Assembly: GCA_036310185.1 (NCBI GenBank)
Contig: JAXJSH010000070.1
Span: forward strand, 59,865-123,864
DNA: 64,000 nucleotides
Source: Lachnospiraceae bacterium
Lineage (GTDB): Bacteria; Bacillota; Clostridia; Lachnospirales; Lachnospiraceae
Reading direction: 5' to 3'
The notes below the pieces were generated by a model, which searched no databases, was not told the origin of the DNA, and saw only the letters and a program-made list of their open reading frames with translations. The translations under genes were made by a program, and so were the position numbers. Below, in pieces: positions 10,039 to 21,127 of the stretch (the first letter of the stretch is position 1; every line of letters starts with the position of its first letter).

Positions 10039-10227
10039 TCATTCACCCGTACAGTTCATATCTGTGATGCTGCAGGTTTTATCCTCTTCCTCCGCCACAC
10101 AGTTCATATCCGTCAGCCCACAGGTCTTTTCCTCTTCATCGGCCAGACAGTTCATATCATTTAACCCACAGGTTTTGTCATCATCTGTCATTCCGTTCAT
10201 ATTTGTGATGCCCAGTTCTTTTCCCAT
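10039..10227 (-). CDS. Cys-rich acidic tandem-repeat micro-protein (62 aa), unknown function
   Basis: Strong RBS (GAAAGGAGAATCAGCT-ATG) 15 nt after the DUF1667 stop. The protein contains three 16-aa repeats K-T-C-(G/S)-(L/I)-(N/T)-D-M-N-C plus an acidic linker, and a degenerate fourth copy. Confidence 0.6.
   Translation of the reverse strand: MGKELGITNMNGMTDDDKTCGLNDMNCLADEEEKTCGLTDMNCVAEEEDKTCSITDMNCTGE
10051..10203 (-). repeat. In-frame 48-nt tandem repeat inside the micro-ORF
   Basis: The core ACAGTTCATATC recurs at 10051, 10099 and 10147, an exact 48-nt period. A degenerate copy GTTCATAT lies at 10195. Confidence 0.85.
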
Positions 10228-10242
10228 AGCTGATTCTCCTTT

Positions 10243-10602
10243 CTACAGAACATTCTTCGTGGCTACAATATCCACTCCCGTATCCGCCACATTGGCCAGC
10301 ACAACATCGCCAATGTGCACCGGAGCCGGAACCACGATTCCCTTCAGTGCTTTCACACAATCAAAAATCTTTCCTTTCGGAATATCCTCTTTTGTCTTAA
10401 CGGACACCATATCCGCACTTCCGCCTGTCACCCGAACAGTGGACGTAACGATTCTTGTGGGGTTCGTCACTTCTTTTTCGGCATATATCTTACCGCGTTT
10501 ACAGGTATTTCCGGTTACCTTTACCACTGCAGTTCCATCCATTTCGACAGTCAGAGGACAGCCCATCGGGCAGCTGATACAGGTCAAATTTCTAACTTCC
10601 AT
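10243..10602 (-). CDS. DUF1667 domain-containing protein (Cys-rich, glp operon)
   Basis: 119 aa. N-terminal CISCPMGC motif. It occupies the usual third position in the clostridial G3P dehydrogenase / oxidoreductase / DUF1667 cluster. Confidence 0.75.
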   Translation of the reverse strand: MEVRNLTCISCPMGCPLTVEMDGTAVVKVTGNTCKRGKIYAEKEVTNPTRIVTSTVRVTGGSADMVSVKTKEDIPKGKIFDCVKALKGIVVPAPVHIGDVVLANVADTGVDIVATKNVL

Positions 10603-10604
10603 CT

Positions 10605-11873
10605 TTACGCCTCCTCTATCTTAACGGTAATGTTTTTCAGTTCCGGATAACTCAGCAGCTGCTCTTTTGTAAGCTTGATTTCCTCCATCTCGCCCGGAGC
10701 AACTACCTGACGTTTTTTATGGATCACTCTCTCTTCATCAAAGTATGCGCTCACATAGCAGTTCTTATACACACCGCCCACGCGGAAACGCACGGTCAGA
10801 TTTTCATCCATACGCGCCACATTGATGGTTCCCGGAACGGTATAGCGAACCCCTTCTACTGCACTGATTTTGATGACTTCCTGATCTTCTGACTTCTGTG
10901 CACCGTCTTTTACATAAGCCGCCGCATTCTTTCCTGCCGCAGCCGCCTCCTCGGAAACAAAATCCACCAGATCATGTACATGAAGTACATTACCACAGGC
11001 AAATACGCCCTCAATACTTGTCTCGAGGCTTTCGTTTACCTTCGGTCCGGAAGTAACCGGATTCATCTCAACACCCATACCATTTGAAAGCTCATTTTCC
11101 GGAATCAGACCTACGGAAAGGAGCAGCGTATCACAGGAATAAAATTCCTCGGTTCCCGGAATTGGTTTTCCCCTGTTATCCACTTCTGCCAACGTGATTC
11201 CTTCCACGCGCTCTTTTCCTTTAATATCTACAACCGTGTGACTGAGCTTCAGCGGAATGCCGTAATCATCCAGACACTGTACAATGTTTCGCTTCAGACC
11301 GCCTGAATAGGGCATCAGTTCCGCAACTACTTTGACTTTTGCTCCTTCAAATGTCATTCTTCGTGCCATAATCAATCCGATATCACCGGATCCAAGGATG
11401 ACAACTTCTCTGCCCGGCATATATCCTTCCATGTTTACCAGTCTCTGTGCCGTACCTGCGGAAAAAATGCCTGCCGGACGATAACCCGGAATATTCAGGG
11501 CACCTCTGGACCGCTCGCGGCATCCCATCGCCAGGACAATGGCCTTTGCCTGAATCTCAAACAAACCTTCTTCCCGGTTCATGGCGGTCACCACTTTTTC
11601 CGGGCTGATGTCCATAACCATCGTATTGAGTTTATACTCAATATTCAATTCTTTTACCTGATCGATAAATCTTCCTGCATACTCCGGTCCGGTCAATTCT
11701 TCTTTGAATGTGTGCAGACCGAACCCATTGTGAATACACTGGTTCAAAATGCCGCCAAGTTCTTTATCTCTTTCCAGTATCAAAATACTGTCTATGCCGT
11801 TTTTTCTGGCTGAAACAGCTGCCGAGAGGCCCGCCGGTCCACCGCCAATTATTACGATATCATACGCTTTCAT
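10605..11873 (-). CDS. NAD(P)/FAD-dependent (pyridine nucleotide-disulfide type) oxidoreductase
   Basis: Start re-set to MKAYDIVIIGGGPAGLSAAV, with a GGGGG RBS upstream. Two Rossmann GxGxxG motifs (IIGGGPAG and ILGSGDIG). Confidence 0.85.
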   Translation of the reverse strand: MKAYDIVIIGGGPAGLSAAVSARKNGIDSILILERDKELGGILNQCIHNGFGLHTFKEELTGPEYAGRFIDQVKELNIEYKLNTMVMDISPEKVVTAMNREEGLFEIQAKAIVLAMGCRERSRGALNIPGYRPAGIFSAGTAQRLVNMEGYMPGREVVILGSGDIGLIMARRMTFEGAKVKVVAELMPYSGGLKRNIVQCLDDYGIPLKLSHTVVDIKGKERVEGITLAEVDNRGKPIPGTEEFYSCDTLLLSVGLIPENELSNGMGVEMNPVTSGPKVNESLETSIEGVFACGNVLHVHDLVDFVSEEAAAAGKNAAAYVKDGAQKSEDQEVIKISAVEGVRYTVPGTINVARMDENLTVRFRVGGVYKNCYVSAYFDEERVIHKKRQVVAPGEMEEIKLTKEQLLSYPELKNITVKIEEA

Positions 11874-11889
11874 TCCGACGCCCCCTTTT

Positions 11890-13332
11890 TTATAATGTAT
11901 CTTTGTTTGTTCCAACTACGATTCTGGAATCTCCGCCTGACTTTGTAATGTCAAACATGCTCATATTACATTCGCGGGCAAGAATTTCCATGGTTCTTGG
12001 GGAACAAAATCCTGACTGACAGCGTCCCATTCCTGCTCTGGTTCTTCGCTTTACGCCATCCAGAGATCTGGCACCAAGGGGACGTCTGATTGCATCTATG
12101 ATCTCACCTTCGGTTATCATTTCACAGCGGCAGATAATATTGCCGTATGCCGGATTTTCTTTGATGAGAGCAATACGCTCTTCTTTTGTCAGTTCTTCCG
12201 GATTCAGAATCCCTTTTCTTGTGGCAATAAAGTCTTCCTTTTCTTCCAGCCCCATTTTTTCTTTCAGGATATCCGCAACCATCACACCGATCGCAGGCGC
12301 ACTGGAAAGACCCGGAGACTCGATTCCCGCACAGTCGATAAATCCTTTTGCATCCTCAACCTCTTCAATGATAAACTCATGTCCGTCTTCGTGAGCACGG
12401 AGTCCTGCAAAGGAAGTAATAACCTGTCTCATCGGAATATTTTTCACACTCATTCCGGATTTGGAAATGACCTGATCCAGACCTTCTCTTGTGGTATTGG
12501 TTCCTTCTCTGTCTTCAACGTCGATAGCAGTTGGTCCCACAAGCAGATTTCCATGTACGGTAGGCGTTACCAGAATGCCCTTTCCGTATTTGCCCGGAAG
12601 CGCGAAAATGGTTCTGCTCACGTGTTTTCCTGCACTCTTATCCAGCAGACAGTAATCTCCTCTTCTTGGGGTAATATGTATCTTTTTTTCACTGACCATA
12701 TTGTGGAATACATCTGCGTATACACCAGCCGCATTTACGACGTATTTTGCAGTATAGATTCCTTTGCCTGTGTGCAGTTCAAATCCTTCTTCCAGTTTTC
12801 TGATTTCCTGGACTTCTGTGTTGAACCTGAATTCCACACCGTTTGCATATGCATTTTCCGCAAAAGCGATATTCATGTGAAACGGACACACGATACCGGC
12901 TGTATGTGCGTACAGAGCAGCAACCACTTCATCGGAAACATTCGGTTCCATTTCCAGAACTTCTTCCCTGCCGATAATCCGGAGATCTTTTACTCCATTT
13001 GCAACGCCGCGCTCATAAAGGGCCTGCAGATTCGGCATATCACTTTCATTTAAACAGATAACCAGCGAACCGCATCTTTTGAACGGAAAATCCAGTTCTT
13101 TTGAAAGTTCTTCCATCATCTCATTGCCGCGCACATTTAATTTCGCCATCAGAGACCCTTCCGCCGCGTCATAACCGGCATGGACAATGGCACTGTTTGC
13201 TTTTGATGTTCCGCAGCATACATCTTCTTCTTTTTCGATCACACAGGCTTTTACCTTATAGCGGGATAATTCCCTTGCGGAAGCCGCGCCCGACACTCCT
13301 GCGCCGATTATAATTACATCATAATCAAACAT
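11890..13332 (-). CDS. FAD-dependent glycerol-3-phosphate dehydrogenase/oxidase with C-terminal BFD-like [2Fe-2S] domain
   Basis: 480 aa. N-terminal DVIIIGAGVSGAA FAD motif and C-terminal ICRCEMITEGEI...CQSGFC. Sits in the glp operon context. Confidence 0.85.
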   Translation of the reverse strand: MFDYDVIIIGAGVSGAASARELSRYKVKACVIEKEEDVCCGTSKANSAIVHAGYDAAEGSLMAKLNVRGNEMMEELSKELDFPFKRCGSLVICLNESDMPNLQALYERGVANGVKDLRIIGREEVLEMEPNVSDEVVAALYAHTAGIVCPFHMNIAFAENAYANGVEFRFNTEVQEIRKLEEGFELHTGKGIYTAKYVVNAAGVYADVFHNMVSEKKIHITPRRGDYCLLDKSAGKHVSRTIFALPGKYGKGILVTPTVHGNLLVGPTAIDVEDREGTNTTREGLDQVISKSGMSVKNIPMRQVITSFAGLRAHEDGHEFIIEEVEDAKGFIDCAGIESPGLSSAPAIGVMVADILKEKMGLEEKEDFIATRKGILNPEELTKEERIALIKENPAYGNIICRCEMITEGEIIDAIRRPLGARSLDGVKRRTRAGMGRCQSGFCSPRTMEILARECNMSMFDITKSGGDSRIVVGTNKDTL

Positions 13333-13455
13333 CTTTTCTTTCTCCTTTTTATGTCTCTGTCACAAAGAGCCCAGCAAATCATCGCATGTATAAATGCGGT
13401 ATTGCCAGGCTCTTTATTCACGCAATCACATATTCAGTTTTACAGGTCTGATCTT

Positions 13456-14172
13456 TTACCACGGAATCGCTCCGTATAACAATACAGCTGCAATGGCACC
13501 AAGCACCGGGCCTACTAAAGTAACGATGGCATATTTCCAGTTTGAACTTCCCTTTCCTTTGATCGGAAGGACTGCATGTGCCAGACGAGGTCCGATGTCA
13601 CGGGCCGGATTGATGGCATAACCGGTCAGACCGCCAAGAGACATACCGATGGATACGATGATTCCGAATACAACAAATTTATCAAGACCGCCTGCGATAC
13701 CAGGAACGTTGGCGATACCTTTGATTGCAAATACAAGCACAAAAGTTCCCACTGCTTCACTTAAAATATTAAGCGGCATATTCGGGATAGACGGAGCGGT
13801 GGAAAATACACCGAGTTTTGTTCCCGGATCTTCGGTTGCATCGAACTGGCCCTTGAAGAGCAGATATACCAGACATGCCCCTACAAATGCACCTGCAAAC
13901 TGGGCGATTATATAACCCGGAACCTGTGACCATGCAAAACTTCCCTCAATTGCCAGCGCAAGGGTAAGCGCCGGGTTAAAGGATGCACCGGAAGCCGCAC
14001 CAAAAATACATGCCGGAACCATAACTGCAAGACCCCATGCCAATGTGATCTGGATTGATCCTGCGCCCTTCATACCTGATTTATTCAGGGTTACGTTAGC
14101 TACTACGCCATCACCTAAGAGAATCAACATCATTGTTCCCAAAAATTCTGCTATATATGGTAACATAAACAA
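13456..14172 (-). CDS. glpF: Glycerol uptake facilitator (MIP/aquaporin family)
   Basis: 238 aa. Two NPA boxes (SFNPALTLA and AINPARDIGPR). Confidence 0.9.
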   Translation of the reverse strand: MFMLPYIAEFLGTMMLILLGDGVVANVTLNKSGMKGAGSIQITLAWGLAVMVPACIFGAASGASFNPALTLALAIEGSFAWSQVPGYIIAQFAGAFVGACLVYLLFKGQFDATEDPGTKLGVFSTAPSIPNMPLNILSEAVGTFVLVFAIKGIANVPGIAGGLDKFVVFGIIVSIGMSLGGLTGYAINPARDIGPRLAHAVLPIKGKGSSNWKYAIVTLVGPVLGAIAAVLLYGAIPW

Positions 14173-14251
14173 TTCCTCCTGTTTAAATATTTGAAAATAC
14201 GAGCACTATTCCTGCCCCTGTACGGAACGCAGTCATTCTGCATTTTCACGA

Positions 14252-15889
<1,638 letters not shown>

Positions 15890-15988
15890 TTACAATATTC
15901 ATTTGTTTTTTCATATATTATGCACATACTCGTATATTCTTCTTGTGCACTATGTATATTTTGTTTATTTTTTAACATTCCTATTTGG

Positions 15989-16642
15989 TTATTTTTTTAT
16001 CAATCTTAAAACCTCTTCCATATCTTTCTGACCAACGTAAACATCTTCATCATTCACAATAACCACCGGCACACGTTCTATTTTATATCGCTCCACCAAA
16101 TCTTTATAAAGTGTGGCATCAATCATTTCTGCCTCAATATTTTCGTTCAGGGAGGCAATTCTCTGACAGGCTGCAACCACCTTCGGGCAATGATGACAGG
16201 CCAGTGATACACATATTTTAATATTTGTCTTTTTATCCAGCTTCTGAATCTTTTTTAAGGTCCATCTGCTGATTTCCTGTCCTGGTCCGGCAAGATTATA
16301 GATAGCCAGAACAAAGGAATTAATCTCCTGCCCTCCGGGCACTCCATGAAAAGCAACACCGCAATACCGCCCATCTTTGTACATAGCCACTGCCGGAAGA
16401 TAGGTCTGATCCAATTCCGGAACCTCAGTTCCTTCCGACGCATCATAGACTTCCAGGTGTATTTTTTCATTTAATGCAGCAACAGCAGCAAGGAATTCCG
16501 CCATCTCTTTCCCCTTGGCATCATTCATATCCACAACGGATTTCAGAATCATATCCTCTGTCAGTTTTGCAAAAATCCCGGACAGTTCACTTTTCAGTTT
16601 ATCATTGACCAATGGACTTTCCGCCTTAATGTTTTCGATCAT
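15989..16642 (-). CDS. Thioredoxin-fold protein resembling the AhpF N-terminal domain (no reductase module)
   Basis: Start re-set to MIENIKAESPL, with RBS GGAGGG, 11 nt after the ahpC stop. A single CxxC motif (CHHCPKV) and a tandem thioredoxin-like layout. Confidence 0.7.
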   Translation of the reverse strand: MIENIKAESPLVNDKLKSELSGIFAKLTEDMILKSVVDMNDAKGKEMAEFLAAVAALNEKIHLEVYDASEGTEVPELDQTYLPAVAMYKDGRYCGVAFHGVPGGQEINSFVLAIYNLAGPGQEISRWTLKKIQKLDKKTNIKICVSLACHHCPKVVAACQRIASLNENIEAEMIDATLYKDLVERYKIERVPVVIVNDEDVYVGQKDMEEVLRLIKK

Positions 16643-16653
16643 CCGAATCCCTC

Positions 16654-17229
16654 CTACAGCATACCCACAAGATCCAGACTTGGCATTAATGTGTCTTCGC
16701 CCGGTCTCCATTTCGCCGGACACACCTGATCTCCGTGGGTTTCCACGAACTGAGCAGCCTGAACCTTTCTAAGAAGTTCTTCTGCATTTCTTCCGATTCC
16801 CATATCGTGAATCTCATAAGCCTTAATTTTTCCCTCCGGATTCACAATAAACGTACCGCGAAGTGCCTGTCCCTCCTCTTCTACCAGCACGCCAAAGAAA
16901 CGGGCCAGTTTTCCAGCCGGATCACCCAACATGGGATAAGGTATTCTTCTGATCGTCTCAGATGCATCTGCCCAGGCCTTGTGAACAAAATGTGTATCTT
17001 CTGATACGGAATAAATCTCACAGTCAGCAGCTTCAAATTCCTCGTAAAAATCAGCCAGATCCCCCAGTTCTGTGGGACAGACAAACGTAAAATCCGCAGG
17101 ATAAAAGAAAAATACGGACCAGTGGCCCAGAATATCTTCCTTTGTCACTTCAATAAACGCGCCTCTGTGATACGCCTGCACTTTGAAATCTTCTACCTCT
17201 CTGTTGATTAAGCTGCACATTTTCATCAC
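16654..17229 (-). CDS. ahpC: Peroxiredoxin, typical 2-Cys (AhpC)
   Basis: 191 aa. Peroxidatic FTFVCPTE motif and resolving VCPAKW motif. The exact start among the MMKM codons is uncertain. Confidence 0.9.
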   Translation of the reverse strand: MMKMCSLINREVEDFKVQAYHRGAFIEVTKEDILGHWSVFFFYPADFTFVCPTELGDLADFYEEFEAADCEIYSVSEDTHFVHKAWADASETIRRIPYPMLGDPAGKLARFFGVLVEEEGQALRGTFIVNPEGKIKAYEIHDMGIGRNAEELLRKVQAAQFVETHGDQVCPAKWRPGEDTLMPSLDLVGML

Positions 17230-17239
17230 CTCGTCCTTT

Positions 17240-17536
17240 TTATTTTAATTCATTCTCATGGCCGCGCTCTGCGGAAGCTTTTTCCGCATCACCATATTCA
17301 CCCTCGTTTTTTCCGGAATTCTCATCGCTGCGATTTTTATACAGACCAATAAGACTGCTGACCACAAAAAATCCACCGATGACAACGAAAAGGACAGAAA
17401 ATATCCCCAGAATCACCGGATTGGCTCCGGTCTCTTCGTTTACATATCCCATAACCAGTTTTACTCCCAGATACGCAACATATGCACCTACTGCGATTCT
17501 TAAATAGTACGAAGAATTTGTATTTTTATCCTCCAC
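17240..17536 (-). CDS. Hypothetical small membrane protein
   Basis: 98 aa. Two predicted hydrophobic helices and an acidic/Lys-rich tail. No recognisable family. Confidence 0.5.
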   Translation of the reverse strand: MEDKNTNSSYYLRIAVGAYVAYLGVKLVMGYVNEETGANPVILGIFSVLFVVIGGFFVVSSLIGLYKNRSDENSGKNEGEYGDAEKASAERGHENELK

Positions 17537-17642
17537 GATCCTACTCCTTTTCTTTCGTTCCTGTTATCTCAAGTTTAACATATCGCATACATTCCCACAA
17601 GCCAAAAGACCTTCTCCTCTTTTGTACAATTTTTCTCTATGA

Positions 17643-17685
17643 CACAAAAACAGCGATCCGAGTACTTCTGCTCCAATCGCTGTTT
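17643..17685 (-). terminator. Rho-independent terminator after the LacI-family gene
   Basis: Stem AAACAGCGAT/ATCGCTGTTT (17648-17657 and 17676-17685). On the minus strand it is followed by TTTTTGTGTC. Confidence 0.5.
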
Positions 17686-17715
17686 TCATCTTTTATACTG
17701 AACTTTCATATCCAG

Positions 17716-18762
17716 CTATTCTTTTGTAATTCTTTTTGTGGATTCACGCTCCAGCAACTCACCTTCCAGAACTACCCGGCGATGGCCGCCGCGTTTTTTA
17801 ATCTCGTCAAACAGAATTTTGATGGTTTCCTTTGCCATTTCTTCCACAGGCTGACGCAAAGTGGTCAGCGCCGGACTGTAATAAGCACCCATCTCTATTC
17901 CATCAAAACCGATTACCGATATATCATCCGGTATGCTTTTGCCCACATCACGGATTGCTCTGCAGGCTCCGATGGCAATACGGTCTGCAATACAGTACAG
18001 CGCTGTAAACGCTTCCTGTTCCAGCAGCAGTTCCTTCGCCAGATGATAACCGGTCGCCATGTCATAATCGTCGCTCTCACCATCCATATATTTTACGAGC
18101 TTTGGATTGTAGGCAATTCCCCGATTCTCCAGTGCTTTTTTGTACCCGAGAAACCGGAGCTGTCCAATACTCTGATCATCCCTGCTGGATGTAATGATCG
18201 CGATTTTATCATGTCCAAGATCACATAAGTAATCTACAATTTTATAGCTTTCTTTAAAATCGTCCAGAGATACCGAGGAACACCGGCTCTCTCCCTTTTC
18301 ATCGTAAAGCCCAACGGTACTTAAAACAAAGGGAACATTCAGCTGACTGAGCTTTTCTTCTGACTGGGCAAAAGTACCGCCCAAAAATACAATCCCTTTC
18401 AGCCGTTTTTCCTTTGTCAGTTCAATCGCAATATCCAGCTCATTCTCATACTCTTCCACTCGCTGTAAAATAAAAGAACACTTCTTCTTTCGTATTTCAC
18501 TCTCTATGATGTCTATCATTTCATTAAACAGGGGATTGGTGATACCTTTGATCAATACGGCGATTGTATTCGCATCCGAACGTTTCAGATTACGGGCACT
18601 GTTATTGGGAATATAATTATTCTCCCGAATAACTTTCATAATCATTTCTTTTGTCTCCGGATTAATATCGGGATGATTATTGATCGCGCGGGATACTGTA
18701 CTTACACCCACACCACTCAGACGAGCGACATCTTTTATTGTTATATCCCCCATATCCAACAC
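17716..18762 (-). CDS. LacI-family transcriptional regulator (maltodextrin cluster)
   Basis: 348 aa. N-terminal HTH ITIKDVARLSGVGVSTVSRAINN followed by a periplasmic-binding-fold body. Confidence 0.85.
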   Translation of the reverse strand: MLDMGDITIKDVARLSGVGVSTVSRAINNHPDINPETKEMIMKVIRENNYIPNNSARNLKRSDANTIAVLIKGITNPLFNEMIDIIESEIRKKKCSFILQRVEEYENELDIAIELTKEKRLKGIVFLGGTFAQSEEKLSQLNVPFVLSTVGLYDEKGESRCSSVSLDDFKESYKIVDYLCDLGHDKIAIITSSRDDQSIGQLRFLGYKKALENRGIAYNPKLVKYMDGESDDYDMATGYHLAKELLLEQEAFTALYCIADRIAIGACRAIRDVGKSIPDDISVIGFDGIEMGAYYSPALTTLRQPVEEMAKETIKILFDEIKKRGGHRRVVLEGELLERESTKRITKE

Positions 18763-18770
18763 CTCAAAAA

Positions 18771-20249
18771 TTAAATTCTACCATAGAGTTTCGTCATTTT
18801 TCTGATATCAGATGCCAACTCATCCGTAATCTGACCCTTTTTCAATCTCCATTTCCAGTTATTTCCAAGGGTTGACGGCGTGTTAATACGGGCTTCTTTT
18901 CCAAGTCCAAGGTAATCCTGCATCGGAATCACACAAAGGGCAGCCACACTGGACTGTGCCATACGGATGAAATCCCATGCGATTTCCTCTTTTGGTGTAT
19001 GCGCATTATTCATATAACGGATTGCAAAATCTTTATCTGCTTCGTTCATGCTCTCATACCAGCCAACGATCGTATCATTGTCATGGGTTCCGGTATATAC
19101 AACACAGTTGCTGTTGTAATTATGAGGCAGATAATCACTTTCCTCCCGGGAATCAAATGCGAACTGAAGAATCTTCATTCCCGGATACCCGGTATCTTTT
19201 ACCAGCTGTATTACACTATCAGTCAGGAAACCAAGATCTTCTGCGATGATGCTGACTTCTCCCAGATTTCTTTTCAGTGTCTCAAAGAGATCCAGACCCG
19301 GTCCTTTTTCCCAATGACCGAACTCAGCAGTCTCATCTCCATAAGGAATGGAATAATATTCATCAAATCCACGGAAATGATCCACACGCACAACATCATA
19401 CATTTCCAGACAATGTGCCATACGTTTCTGCCACCATGCATAACTGGTCTCTTTGTGATAGTCCCACTTATAAAGAGGATTGCCCCAGAGCTGTCCTGTA
19501 GCGGAAAAAGCATCCGGCGGACAGCCGGCAACAGCCACCGGAAGATTCTCTTCCGTAAACTGGAATAACTGAGGATTTGCCCAGGTATCTGCACTGTCAA
19601 ATGCCACATAAATCGGAATATCGCCGATAATCTTTACATCGTTCTCTTTTGCATATGCATGGACACGATTCCACTGTTCATAGAACATATACTGCTGGAA
19701 ACGGTAGAAGGAAATCTCCTGTGCCAGCTTTTCGCGGATATCCCAAAGAGCAGTCTCTTCCCGGTCACGCAGCGGTGCATCCCACTGGATCCATGCCGCA
19801 CCGTTCATGCTGTCCTTGATTGCCATATAAAGGCAGTAATCTTCCAGCCAGTAACTTTGTTCACGGACAAATTTTCCAAAATCCGGTTCATTCACATCAA
19901 AACGCTCAAAGGCTTTTCTTAAAACTGCAAAACGTGAAAAATATATTTTTTCATAATCCACATATGCTTCGCAGTCTCCAAAATCAGCCCCTTCACATTC
20001 TTCTTCTGTCAACAGACCGTCTTCCACTAATGACTCCAGATCGATATAATACGGATTACCCGCAAAAGTTGAGAAAGACTGATACGGAGAATCTCCGTAT
20101 CCAGTCGGTCCCAATGGTAAAATCTGCCAGTTTTTCTGACCAGATTCTTTCAAAAAATCAATAAATTCAAATGCTTCTTTTGAAAAGCATCCGATGCCAT
20201 ATTTTGATGGCAATGAAGAAATAGGTAATAAAATGCCGCTTTCTCTCAT
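18771..20249 (-). CDS. malQ: 4-alpha-glucanotransferase (amylomaltase, GH77)
   Basis: 492 aa. GH77 pattern (GILLPISSLPS..., RVDHFRGF, IIAEDLG, YTGTHDNDT). Confidence 0.9.
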   Translation of the reverse strand: MRESGILLPISSLPSKYGIGCFSKEAFEFIDFLKESGQKNWQILPLGPTGYGDSPYQSFSTFAGNPYYIDLESLVEDGLLTEEECEGADFGDCEAYVDYEKIYFSRFAVLRKAFERFDVNEPDFGKFVREQSYWLEDYCLYMAIKDSMNGAAWIQWDAPLRDREETALWDIREKLAQEISFYRFQQYMFYEQWNRVHAYAKENDVKIIGDIPIYVAFDSADTWANPQLFQFTEENLPVAVAGCPPDAFSATGQLWGNPLYKWDYHKETSYAWWQKRMAHCLEMYDVVRVDHFRGFDEYYSIPYGDETAEFGHWEKGPGLDLFETLKRNLGEVSIIAEDLGFLTDSVIQLVKDTGYPGMKILQFAFDSREESDYLPHNYNSNCVVYTGTHDNDTIVGWYESMNEADKDFAIRYMNNAHTPKEEIAWDFIRMAQSSVAALCVIPMQDYLGLGKEARINTPSTLGNNWKWRLKKGQITDELASDIRKMTKLYGRI

Positions 20250-20281
20250 TCGTTCAAACCTTCCCTGTTTCTAAATTTTTA

Positions 20282-21127
20282 TCAGCCTTTTACTGCTCCT
20301 GCTGCCACGCCCTTGATGATATATTTCTGACAGAATAAGTATACGATAATAACAGGAATAATACTGATCATGATAATTGCCATGGTTGCACCGAGGTCAA
20401 CGGTACCATAGCTTCCTTTCAAATACTGTACATGAATCGGAATAGTCATATATTTTGTTCTGTCCAGTACAAGGTACGGGAGCAGGTAGTCATTCCAGAT
20501 CCACATTACTTCCAATACACCAACGGAAATCAGAATGGATTTCAACATTGGGAATACTACTTTAAAATATGTAGTCAGCGCACTACATCCATCGATGGCT
20601 GCTGCCTCCTCGATTTCCAACGGAATACCCTTGATAAATCCGGTAAACATAAATACCGCCAGACCGGCACCAAATCCAAGATAAATAACAGGAATCGTCC
20701 ACGGAGTATTCAGATTCAATTTATCTGCTGTACTGGACAGAGTAAACATTACCATCTGGAACGGTACGATCATGGAAAAGGCACACAGTGTGTACATTGC
20801 CTTTGAAAACAGATCATCTACACGCACAATATACCATGCTGCCATGGATGTACATAAGAGAATCAAAATAGTAGACAAAACTGTAATTACAAGACTGTAA
20901 AATACAGAATTCAGGAACGGATAGTTACCAAATGTCATACCTTTGATATAGTTTGCCATTCCCATAAAAGTTTCTGAATTAGGGAATGCAAAAGGATCCT
21001 TATTTACAGCACCATTACTCTTGAAAGAGTTCATCAATACGGCAAAAATCGGAATCAGCCAAACAACACTGATAACGGAAAATAATGCAGTAAGCAAGGT
21101 ACTACCTAAATGTTTTTTTGTTTTCAT
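20282..21127 (-). CDS. Carbohydrate ABC transporter permease (MalG-like)
   Basis: 281 aa, multi-pass. EAA loop (EEAAAIDGCS). Confidence 0.85.
   Translation of the reverse strand: MKTKKHLGSTLLTALFSVISVVWLIPIFAVLMNSFKSNGAVNKDPFAFPNSETFMGMANYIKGMTFGNYPFLNSVFYSLVITVLSTILILLCTSMAAWYIVRVDDLFSKAMYTLCAFSMIVPFQMVMFTLSSTADKLNLNTPWTIPVIYLGFGAGLAVFMFTGFIKGIPLEIEEAAAIDGCSALTTYFKVVFPMLKSILISVGVLEVMWIWNDYLLPYLVLDRTKYMTIPIHVQYLKGSYGTVDLGATMAIIMISIIPVIIVYLFCQKYIIKGVAAGAVKG

Noticed and set aside
10039-10227. The 48-nt periodic repeats considered as a mini CRISPR array or other non-coding repeat.
   Set aside because: - The period is an exact multiple of 3 and in frame with a strongly signalled ORF.
- The variable parts are 16-20 nt acidic-linker codons, not spacer-length unique sequence.
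- No cas genes are nearby.
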